Source: an uncultured delta proteobacterium
Lineage (GTDB): Bacteria; Desulfobacterota; Syntrophia; Syntrophales; Smithellaceae
Reading direction: 5' to 3'
Assembly (NCBI GenBank): GCA_963851005.1
Contig: CAWKNI010000002.1
Span: forward strand, 6,156-70,155
Length of the DNA: 64,000 bases
Shown here: one piece after another, positions 28,887 to 36,081 of the stretch
How the letters are laid out: every line of letters starts with the position of its first letter
Numbering within the stretch: the first letter of the stretch is position 1
Made by a program: the position numbers and the translations under genes
The notes under the pieces: model-generated
The model's input: the letters and a program-made list of their open reading frames with translations, nothing else
Told to the model about the DNA's origin: nothing
Databases searched by the model: none

Positions 28887-28985
28887 TACCCATTCGCATT
28901 CATTCGTCTACCTTTGTTGGCGGAGCCTGCCCCGGCGTAGGCCGGGGTCATCGGCTCCTCGACGTATATTAGAATACGCCTGCGT
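28886..28985. repeat. 100-bp repeat element, copy 2 (inverted relative to 26414-26513)
   Basis: Begins on the last base of the DUF2950 stop codon. 96/100 match to the reverse complement of copy 1. Sits between convergent genes. Confidence 0.9.
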
Positions 28986-29000
28986 TGTCTCTTTCCATTT

Positions 29001-30044
29001 CTAAACCGTCCCATTATTTGTAGGGCAAAAAAATCCGATTTCCCGGGCATAGGAAAACTGTCGCTGCCAGGGGATTCTGGGATGGACTTTCTCAAAAATA
29101 TCCGTTCCCGTAATTTTCAAAGATTCCGCATCCACCTCCACAGGATTATAGCCGCCGATAAAGCCGTAATCTGGACCGATGACGGGATTATTCCCCGGCA
29201 AGCAATCACATTCTACCGTGATATTAAGCAGGGCGTTGATGACGATGGTCTTTTCCTGAATTTTCTTCCATACGGCGGCCGCTGTCTCAATGAGCTTTTC
29301 CTGAAAAACAGTCATATTCGAATTCCAGAAGATTTCAAGCGCCAATTCCGGACACATGGCAATACATTGCGCGCAGCCGATGCACTTTTTCAAATCATAA
29401 TCGGGATAATCGGGTTCAGAGATCGTGGCTGCCTTTGTCGGACAGATATTGACGCAAATGCCGCAGCGGGTGCATTTTTTCTGATTCAGAACAGGATGAT
29501 AATCAGCATGCATTCGCTGTTTCTGCGCACGGGATGCAAATCCCATGGAGATATTTTTTATGGATCCGCCAAACAAAGAAACCATGTGTCCCTTGAAATG
29601 GGAGAAGATAACAAAACCTTTTGCTCTGTCGAAGATTGATCCAACCTGAACGGTTTCAAAGTGTTTGTAGCCTGCGGGAATGGATACGACATCTCGCCCG
29701 TCCATGCCGTCAGCAATCATTACAGGACATCCGAGAAATTCGGCCGTGTAACCGTGACGGGCCGCTGTATTCAGAGAATCTTCAGCGGTGCGCCTTCCGC
29801 CGGAATAGAGCACCGTTGTGTCAAAAACAAAGGGTTTGGCCCCCTGCGCGGTTAGCCAGCCGGCGATTTCTTTTGCGTAGTCGGGAGGCAGATATCCTTT
29901 ATTGCCCCGCTCTCCCCAATGAAGCTTGATTCCAACGCTGTCTCCGGAAGTAAACGGCGCCCGGAATTGTCCCAAGAGTATTCGCAAAGATTCAACATAT
30001 GGTTTTTTCTTATCCGTCACCGTTTCAAATAAAAAATCAGTCAT
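29001..30044 (-). CDS. DUF362-domain protein with inserted 2x[4Fe-4S] ferredoxin motifs
   Basis: 347-aa ORF with GIKLHWGERGN, KPFVFDTTVLYSG, CTRCGICVNICP and CIGCAQCIAMCP. Confidence 0.8.
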   Translation of the reverse strand: MTDFLFETVTDKKKPYVESLRILLGQFRAPFTSGDSVGIKLHWGERGNKGYLPPDYAKEIAGWLTAQGAKPFVFDTTVLYSGGRRTAEDSLNTAARHGYTAEFLGCPVMIADGMDGRDVVSIPAGYKHFETVQVGSIFDRAKGFVIFSHFKGHMVSLFGGSIKNISMGFASRAQKQRMHADYHPVLNQKKCTRCGICVNICPTKAATISEPDYPDYDLKKCIGCAQCIAMCPELALEIFWNSNMTVFQEKLIETAAAVWKKIQEKTIVINALLNITVECDCLPGNNPVIGPDYGFIGGYNPVEVDAESLKITGTDIFEKVHPRIPWQRQFSYAREIGFFCPTNNGTV

Positions 30045-30317
30045 TATAAAACCTCCTAAACTTTTTTTATTATAAATCTTTTTTCTTCTAATTGCATCAA
30101 AGAAAAAACCGCCTGAATTAAAAATTTATTAGGTAAGATTTGGCAGTTGACAAGAACAAAGGGGAAAACGATTTTTCAAGAGGACTGACACTTTGACTCA
30201 TTCCTTTCTCTGTCAGCAGCACATCACCCCACATTTAGCGATAAATACTTCATTGACATTAAAGACCGAATTTCTTATAGTTCAATTATAAAAAAGTTGG
30301 ATAGTCACGGGTATGAA

Positions 30318-30457
30318 CCCCAAAGCAAGCTGCGGGGTATTAAACCCTCCGCTGCGCGGGATAATTCGACCTACAAGTTTCAGCACACTTTGTTTCTGAA
30401 ACTTGGGTCTCATTACAACTTACCAATTCCGCTATGTCGCAGATGACCTTTAGGTTA
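30318..30457. repeat. Composite structured repeat (hairpin family CCCC-AAGC-AAGCTGCGGGG, then shared block with covarying hairpin)
   Basis: Shared block CCCTCCGCTGCGCGGGATAATTCGAC (30345-30370). Hairpin CAAGTTTCAG (30374-30383) / CTGAAACTTG (30396-30405), then GGTCTCATTA. GACCTTTAGGTTA at 30445-30457. Compare 32867-32955. Confidence 0.75.
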
Positions 30458-30587
30458 CTTCGCTTTCGGAATTGGAGTTTCAACAATAAGATCTGCGCAC
30501 TAATTATGGGCTTCCACACTTGCGATTTGCAATTGACACAGTTAGCATTATCTTTGACACATAATAAATAAAAAAGGAGGTATCGGA

Positions 30588-32270
30588 ATGGGTGACATTT
30601 GTTCGGAAAAACCGTGGCTGAAGAATTATGATAAGAATGTGCCGCCGACTCTGAAGTACGGGGACAAGACCTTTGCAGAAAAGTTTCGGGAGGTCGTGGA
30701 AAAATACCCAAACAAGACAGCCCTTATTTACATGGGCTCGCAGCTCACCTACCGCGATCTCGATGAGCTGTCCAACCAGCTTGCCCAGTATTTCATCAAG
30801 ATGGGCCTCAAGCCGGATGATGTGGTAGGTCTGCACATGCCCAATATTCCCGCCAACTATATCAGTATCATAGCCGTTCAGAAGGCGGGATGTGTATCCA
30901 CGGGACTGAGCCCCTTGCTTACGCCACATGAAATGGAACATCAGATCAACAACTCGAAGGCGAAGGTGATCATGACGGTAGATCTCCTCTTCGGAAAGAT
31001 TGCGGAAGTGGCTGACAGGACGAAGTTCTCCACCGTGGTCGTCTCGGAGATCGCCGATTTTCTGCCCGGTATGAAACGGGTCCTCGGCAAACTTCTCAAG
31101 AAGATTCCCACAGGCGAGGTAAATCCTCTTTCCGGTAAGACCGTGGCGAAATTCATGGACGTCATCCGGGAAATGCCGAAGGATCGGGTAGCCGTGAAAC
31201 GCAGTATGGAAGACATAATCTTCATGATGTACACGGGAGGGACCACCGGGCCATCTAAGGGTGCGCTCCTCACCCAGCGAAGCTACATGTCCAATCGGGA
31301 ACAGACCATCGCATGGCTTGATATAGGACCCGAGTTTTTTGCGCTCTCCGCTTTCCCCCTCTTCCACATCGCCGGGCTTGCCTTCGGTGGATTCATTCTC
31401 ACTGCCGGTGCCACCCAGATCTGCGTGCCGAACCCGCGGGATACGCATTTTATCATCAATGCGATCAAGACCTATAAGCCCCACGCTGTTGTGAACGTAC
31501 CAACGGTCTTCTTCGAATTAATGAAAAAACCAGAATTCAAGAAATTGGACCTGAGCAAACTCAGGTGGTGCTTGAGCGCTGCGGCGCCATTCCCCCCCGA
31601 TTATATCGAGGAACTCGAGGGCATCATCGGAAAAGGCAACTTCATCGAGCTGTACGGGATGACGGAAACCTCTCCGGTGACATGCTGCAATCCCCGCTAT
31701 GGAAAAAAGAAGGCAACCTCGATCGGTATGCCCCTGTCAGACACCGAGTTTAAGCTCATCGATCCCGAGACGGGACAGCCGGCGAAACCCGGTGAGCCGG
31801 GTGAGATCGCAGTGCGGGGACCCCAGCTTATGAAGGGTTACTACAACCAGCCTGAAGAAACGGCAAACGCCATCAGGGACGGATGGATGTTCACGGGAGA
31901 CGTGGCGAGGATGGACGAGGACGGTTACTTTTACATCGTGGACCGCGTTAAGGACATGGTAATTGTTTCTGGGTTCAAGGTCTTCACCCGCGAGCTCGAC
32001 GATGTTCTCATGAAACATGATGATATAGAACTTGCAGCTTCCATCGGCATCCCCGATCCTGATCGGCCGGGTTCCGAGCGGGTGGGCACTGCTATTGTGC
32101 TGAAACCCGGCATAGAGAAGAGTGAGGCTGAAAAAGAGAAGATCATCAAATATCTGAGGGAAAACGTGGCTCCCTACAAGGTCCCGAAGTTGATTGAATT
32201 CATGGATCAGCTCCCTACGAGCGGTGTGGGTAAGATCCTGAAACGCGAGCTCAAGAAAATAATGAAATAG
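30588..32270 (+). CDS. AMP-dependent acyl-CoA synthetase/ligase (long-chain fatty-acid-CoA ligase-like)
   Basis: 560-aa ORF with RBS AAGGAGG. AMP-binding motif MMYTGGTTGPSKGALLT, then YGMTETS, TGD..R.DEDGY and a C-terminal GKI.K. Confidence 0.9.
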   Translation: MGDICSEKPWLKNYDKNVPPTLKYGDKTFAEKFREVVEKYPNKTALIYMGSQLTYRDLDELSNQLAQYFIKMGLKPDDVVGLHMPNIPANYISIIAVQKAGCVSTGLSPLLTPHEMEHQINNSKAKVIMTVDLLFGKIAEVADRTKFSTVVVSEIADFLPGMKRVLGKLLKKIPTGEVNPLSGKTVAKFMDVIREMPKDRVAVKRSMEDIIFMMYTGGTTGPSKGALLTQRSYMSNREQTIAWLDIGPEFFALSAFPLFHIAGLAFGGFILTAGATQICVPNPRDTHFIINAIKTYKPHAVVNVPTVFFELMKKPEFKKLDLSKLRWCLSAAAPFPPDYIEELEGIIGKGNFIELYGMTETSPVTCCNPRYGKKKATSIGMPLSDTEFKLIDPETGQPAKPGEPGEIAVRGPQLMKGYYNQPEETANAIRDGWMFTGDVARMDEDGYFYIVDRVKDMVIVSGFKVFTRELDDVLMKHDDIELAASIGIPDPDRPGSERVGTAIVLKPGIEKSEAEKEKIIKYLRENVAPYKVPKLIEFMDQLPTSGVGKILKRELKKIMK

Positions 32271-32304
32271 GTTATCAAAGAAGAGAAAAAAGAGGGGATT
32301 TCAT

Positions 32305-32583
32305 ATGAGTAGAGAATACACATCAGGAACATTTTGCATCGACATCAAGTGCCCAAAGCATGCGGCACTTGAGGGACTAACTGATAACGCCTATATTAAA
32401 AAGAAGCAGGTGCATTGCAAAAAATGCTTTGCCTGGCGTTTTTTCATCTGGACAAAAGAACACAAATGGCGGATCGTACAAACCCAGGCGGAAATTTCAA
32501 ACAAGCAACTGGCCGCCATGATTAAGGGAATTGATCCCGTCAGGGTTGAGGATTTAACTGAAGACGAGATTATGTGCCTGTAG
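32305..32583 (+). CDS. Hypothetical small Cys-containing protein
   Basis: 92-aa ORF with RBS AGAGGGG 7 nt upstream, 34 nt after the ligase stop. CIDIKCPKH...HCKKC suggests a zinc-binding motif. No family recognised. Confidence 0.5.
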   Translation: MSREYTSGTFCIDIKCPKHAALEGLTDNAYIKKKQVHCKKCFAWRFFIWTKEHKWRIVQTQAEISNKQLAAMIKGIDPVRVEDLTEDEIMCL

Positions 32584-32792
32584 CAAAATACTGCCGACGA
32601 TATAGGTCAGGTGAGCGGGCTCACGTGACCTCGTCGTTGATGTTGATGACACGCTGGGTATGTGAAAGCGCGGCAATGCGGCGCTTATATTTCTTAAAGT
32701 ACAGGCTTATTGGAACAAATGGTAGATATCGACCTCGATTCTTTTCCCAGCGAGAAAAGAATTTCTTATTCATCTTCTTTTCTGAAGCGTTG

Positions 32793-32955
32793 TGAATCCC
32801 GCGACTTGCAATTTCCCGGCTCCTGCCGGGGGAAAAATGCGGTGTAACTCGCGGGAAGTCGCGTTATCCTCTGCTTCGCGGGATAATTCGACTTGCAAGC
32901 TTCAAATTGTGACCTTTAGGTTATGCACTTTGTTTTTGAAGCTTAGGTCTCATTA
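32793..32955. repeat. Composite structured repeat, second copy (direct orientation relative to 30345-30415)
   Basis: AATCCCGCGACTTG-type hairpin (32793-32866). Then TCCTCTGCTTCGCGGGATAATTCGAC (32867-32892), the hairpin AAGCTTCAA (32897-32905) / TTGAAGCTT (32936-32944) with GACCTTTAGGTTA in the loop, and GGTCTCATTA (32946-32955). Confidence 0.75.
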
Positions 32956-33132
32956 ATTGTCCAGACCTATTCTTGACTTGAGAGACGTTGTCCAATAAAT
33001 CTTATTTCAATTGTTGATTTCATCTACAAGTCCTCAACATTCGGCAGTTGTCAGAGTTGAAGATTAACATTTGAAATGTGCAACAGCAGATCTAATGGGT
33101 GGCAAACACTACATCTAGTGGCCAAGGTTCCC

Positions 33133-33161
33133 TTGACATACAAAACCGCGTTTCATATACT
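33133..33161 (+). promoter_or_regulatory. Sigma70-like promoter interrupted at its -10 box by the IS1595-family insertion
   Basis: TTGACA (33133-33138), 17-nt spacer, TATACT (33156-33161). The target duplication ATACTTAA starts inside the -10. The upstream block GTGGCCAAGGTTCCCTTGACATACAAAACCG matches the promoter modules at 51609-51639 and 54440-54470. Confidence 0.55.
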
Positions 33162-33181
33162 TAAGGGAACTATATACAATG

Positions 33182-33688
33182 TTACCCTAGAAATCCGTTA
33201 TTAGCTTTGGTTTGAAATTCGGCCATATTCCAAACCGCTATCAAAGCTGATTTTTCATGGACTTGTGACTTTAGCCATTTCATTGCATTCTTTTTATAGC
33301 CTGAACCGTCCATAAGGACTATAGTAGGAACGGCTGTTTTGATTATATTAAACAGTAAGAAGGGATATTTTTCATCAACTGAACCCGGAACTTGTTGCCA
33401 TTTACATTCAATGATTAAATCATCAGGGAAGAGGTCGCGATTAACGATAAAAAAATCACATTTGCGTGTGGTTTCATAGATGGTTTGTCCGACTGGTAAT
33501 TGTTTAAGATATTGTTTCCCGCCAATAGCTTTTCTGTTTTCAAAAGCTATTGTTTTATGATTCCAAAACTCAACATAACCTTTTTTTTGAAGAATTTGCT
33601 CAATGAATTGTTCAAGTAGATTTCCTGTACTATTTGCCTTTTCTCCACTACTGATAATTTCTGATAATGAGTTCTGTTTCTTTGCCAC
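33182..33688 (-). CDS. Small PD-(D/E)XK nuclease, candidate type II restriction endonuclease
   Basis: 168-aa ORF with a GTG start preceded by AGGGAG. CDFFIVNRDLFPDDLIIECKWQQ gives the D...E-x-K core. Overlaps the methyltransferase gene end by 41 nt. Its stop codon lies inside TIR-L. Confidence 0.6.
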   Translation of the reverse strand: MAKKQNSLSEIISSGEKANSTGNLLEQFIEQILQKKGYVEFWNHKTIAFENRKAIGGKQYLKQLPVGQTIYETTRKCDFFIVNRDLFPDDLIIECKWQQVPGSVDEKYPFLLFNIIKTAVPTIVLMDGSGYKKNAMKWLKSQVHEKSALIAVWNMAEFQTKANNGFLG

Positions 33689-34532
33689 GTTGATCTCCCT
33701 TACAAGATAAAAAGCGTGATGCCTGAACTTGTTCTATATTAAATCCATCGTAAAGTTTCCTGACAAAGTCATTATCAGAATTTGAAATCATAAACAAGCA
33801 TCTTGCCTTGTCTAATTTATGACAAAAAGTGGCCAACGCTTCATGGTCTTTATCCCCAAATCTACTACTATCATATCCATCGAAGGTCTTATGATAAGGC
33901 GGGTCAAGGTAATAGAAATTTTTCTGTTCTATTACCACTTGAGAAAACACATGCTGCTTAATTTCAACGCCCTGTAAGGCTCTTGAAACTAACCGCAAAT
34001 TATCTTCGTCCAGTATTGCAGGGGAAGTATAGCTGCCGATAGGCACATTAAAGTCTCCGTTTTTGTTGACACGGTAAAGCCCATTATAACAAGTCTTGTT
34101 GAGATAAATAAGAAGCGCGGCAACCTTGGTGGAATCTTTTTCTTTTGACAAACGTTGTCGGGAAGTAAGATAATATTCCTTGGAATGTTTGGCCACATGA
34201 ATTTTCAGATTAGTAATTAAGCGGTCAACATCATCACGCACAGCGCGAAAGGATAGGATAAGATGAAAATTAACATCTGAAAGATATGCTTTTTGTGGTT
34301 TGATAAAAAAGAATAAAGCTGCTCCACCTAAGAAAGGCTCGTAGTAACTATTATATTCTTTTGGCATTCGTTCTGTTAGTTCTTGAAGGATAGAACGCTT
34401 GCCACCCGCCCACTTCAAGAAAGGGCGTGCCATGGGTTCCAATAATACAGGTTTATTTTCATCAGCGATACCCGAAAGAACTTCGGTAAACGAGAAGTTA
34501 AGCGGCTTATGGTTTTTTTGTGGCATTATCAT
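33648..34532 (-). CDS. D12-class (Dam-like) N6-adenine DNA methyltransferase
   Basis: 294-aa ORF with FLKWAGGKRSIL (SAM-binding region) and YYLDPPY (catalytic DPPY). Confidence 0.9.
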   Translation of the reverse strand: MIMPQKNHKPLNFSFTEVLSGIADENKPVLLEPMARPFLKWAGGKRSILQELTERMPKEYNSYYEPFLGGAALFFFIKPQKAYLSDVNFHLILSFRAVRDDVDRLITNLKIHVAKHSKEYYLTSRQRLSKEKDSTKVAALLIYLNKTCYNGLYRVNKNGDFNVPIGSYTSPAILDEDNLRLVSRALQGVEIKQHVFSQVVIEQKNFYYLDPPYHKTFDGYDSSRFGDKDHEALATFCHKLDKARCLFMISNSDNDFVRKLYDGFNIEQVQASRFLSCKGDQRGKETELIIRNYQ

Positions 34533-34715
34533 TTAAAAGCCTTTCAAAAGTCTTTGAAGTTTTAAGTTAATCTTCCCCGTTGACTCCATAATATCATAGG
34601 CGTGTTCAGCGAGTATTTTATCCTCAGCATTGTAAAGTTCAATTAAAGACTTGTGCGCCAAATCAACAGCTTGTTGCGCTGCTTCAAGTTTTTCTTTGTC
34701 TAATTGAGAAATCAT
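34533..34715 (-). CDS. Small helical protein of unknown function inside the IS (between transposase and methyltransferase)
   Basis: 60-aa ORF. Its TAA stop directly abuts the methyltransferase ATG. Predicted coiled-coil-like sequence EKLEAAQQAVDLAHKSLIELYN. Confidence 0.45.
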   Translation of the reverse strand: MISQLDKEKLEAAQQAVDLAHKSLIELYNAEDKILAEHAYDIMESTGKINLKLQRLLKGF

Positions 34716-34734
34716 ATTCGTACTCCCCCTTTAT

Positions 34735-35655
34735 TTATTGGATAAGAATTTTATAAGGTAAGTTACTTGAATTCGCGGCATTGTTTATTACATTAGGGAA
34801 AATGGTTTTGAATTTTTCATCCCGCGTATTAAACCTATAAGTAAATTCATCTACATATTGTTGAAGATGTTTGTTGCTCATTGAATGGTATATCCCAACA
34901 TAACCGCGTTTAAAAATTGCCCAAAAACTTTCAGCGCAATTTGAATGAATCCCGCCATGTCTTACATATTCGCCGCGTGAATGAGAAATTGTCTCATGGT
35001 CGTATAACTTCCCTATCCGGTCATAAGAAGGGAAATCATCCGTAAAAAGTTTAGAACCTATTTTGATATTGTCAATAATGCGACTTTCGATGGTTCGCAT
35101 TTTCACATTATCAACTACTTGTGCGCGAGCCTCTCCACCACGTTGAATCATTCCAAAAACCGCTGTTTTGCCTTTAGTGTTTCTTCCTTGTGTCCCGCCA
35201 ATTCTCTTTCTCGCATGTTTGTTTTTCTCTTTGCCGCCGACATAGGTTTCGTCAACTTCGATGGTTCCAAATAATTGGCCGTTATTTTGTTTCATAGCTT
35301 TGCGAATTCTATGATCCATGAACCATCCAGTCTTTTGAGTAACGCCTACTTGTTTTGCAAGCTGAACGGAAGAAATTCCTTTCCGGCAAGTGGTAAGCAG
35401 ATATATAGCGATGAACCATTTTTGTAAAGAGATTTTGCTCTCTCCAAATATCGTTCCGGTCTTAATAGTAAAATCTTTATGGCAACGCGAACAGCGATAA
35501 CGCTTACCGTCTTTGAAGCGGTAAATAGTGGTATTCCCACAATGAGGGCAATATTCGCCATTCTTGAAACGAATCTGTTCAAAGAATTTATGGCAGGTTT
35601 CTTCATCCTTAAATTGATTTATGAATTCTACTATTGATGCAAAGTTCGTGTCCAT
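34735..35655 (-). CDS. IS1595-family (ISXO2-like) DDE transposase
   Basis: 306-aa ORF. N-terminal zinc ribbon CPHCGNTTIYRF..YRCSRCHKDFT, then ISLQKWFIAIYL, VDETYVGGKEKN, FTDDFPSYD, HSNCAESFWAIFKRG..GIYH.MS.KHLQQYVDEFTYRFN. Confidence 0.92.
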   Translation of the reverse strand: MDTNFASIVEFINQFKDEETCHKFFEQIRFKNGEYCPHCGNTTIYRFKDGKRYRCSRCHKDFTIKTGTIFGESKISLQKWFIAIYLLTTCRKGISSVQLAKQVGVTQKTGWFMDHRIRKAMKQNNGQLFGTIEVDETYVGGKEKNKHARKRIGGTQGRNTKGKTAVFGMIQRGGEARAQVVDNVKMRTIESRIIDNIKIGSKLFTDDFPSYDRIGKLYDHETISHSRGEYVRHGGIHSNCAESFWAIFKRGYVGIYHSMSNKHLQQYVDEFTYRFNTRDEKFKTIFPNVINNAANSSNLPYKILIQ

Positions 35656-35680
35656 TGTGGTTTTCCCCTTTCTTGACTAT

Positions 35681-35709
35681 AGTATAATGGATCACATTAG
35701 GGTTGTCAA
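35681..35709 (-). promoter_or_regulatory. Sigma70-like promoter of the transposase/R-M operon
   Basis: Minus-strand read: TTGACA (35704-35709), 17-nt spacer, TATACT (35681-35686), about 25 nt upstream of the transposase ATG, with RBS AAAGGGGA. Confidence 0.5.
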
Positions 35710-35734
35710 GTATTATTTTCAATTATTTTTCTAT

Positions 35735-35763
35735 TTGACTTTTAAAAGATACAGAACTAATTT
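35735..35763 (+). promoter_or_regulatory. Outward-facing sigma70-like promoter near the right end of the IS
   Basis: TTGACT (35735-35740), 17-nt spacer, TAATTT (35758-35763). It precedes the 56-aa ORF and points out through TIR-R. Confidence 0.35.
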
Positions 35764-35793
35764 TAACCATCTAAAAAAACAAAGGAGAAAACT

Positions 35794-35964
35794 ATGCCTA
35801 AAGAAGAATGCAAACATGGAAAGAAAGCACCTGTAGAGGTTTTAGAGAATCTCCCCAATTCACAAGGCGGGACAGGGCGGCATAAATGCTGCATCTGTGC
35901 TTATCAAATCGGATTTAAAGAAGGATTTGAAGAAGGACAGGGGAAACGGAAAAAAGAAGGGTAA
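35794..35964 (+). CDS. Unlisted 56-aa ORF with Cys motif at the right end of the IS
   Basis: RBS AAAGGAGAAAA then ATG 35794. Translation is MPKEECKHGKKAPVEVLENLPNSQGGTGRHKCCICAYQIGFKEGFEEGQGKRKKEG. The stop TAA (35962-35964) lies inside TIR-R. Confidence 0.35.
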   Translation: MPKEECKHGKKAPVEVLENLPNSQGGTGRHKCCICAYQIGFKEGFEEGQGKRKKEG

Positions 35965-36081
35965 TAATGTATATAGTTCCCATACTTAATTATATAAAAA
36001 TGAATTTCTTATCAATTAATTCAATAATTAAATCAGTGAATGCTCTTACACATAAAAGGAAACCTTGCACCTGGAGTCTTT

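Larger units (their letters stand above)
33165..35981 (-). mobile_element. IS1595-family transposable element (2817 bp) carrying a type II restriction-modification operon as passenger
   Basis: TIR-L GGGAACTATATACAATGTTACCC (33165-33187) and TIR-R GGGTAATAATGTATATAGTTCCC (35959-35981) match at 21/23. They are flanked by the identical 8-bp direct repeats ATACTTAA (33157-33164 and 35982-35989). Confidence 0.88.

Noticed and set aside
30504-31484. 326-aa ORF on the minus strand overlapping the acyl-CoA ligase gene
   Set aside because: It is antisense to a gene with clear AMP-binding motifs. Its translation is low-complexity (R/G/H-rich) with no recognisable motif and no RBS. This is a typical shadow ORF of a GC-richer gene.
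32627-32776. 50-aa minus-strand ORF (MNKKFFSRWEKNRGRYLPFVPISLYFKKYKRRIAALSHTQRVININDEVT)
   Set aside because: It is short, has no convincing RBS and no recognisable family. It could be a gene fragment, but I cannot support that.
30345-32955. Integron gene-cassette (attC) interpretation of the repeats flanking the ligase gene
   Set aside because: There is no integron integrase or attI nearby. The repeats lack the R''/L''-L'/R' core-site layout (no GTTRRRY boundaries that I could find), and the cassette has its own leader and RBS. I keep it as an unexplained structured repeat instead.
34716-34740. Possibility that the IS ends just downstream of the transposase, leaving the R-M genes outside the element
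   Set aside because: No copy of the 23-bp terminal sequence is visible near the transposase 3' end. The only matching inverted repeat, with the matching 8-bp duplication, lies beyond the nuclease gene at 33165-33187.
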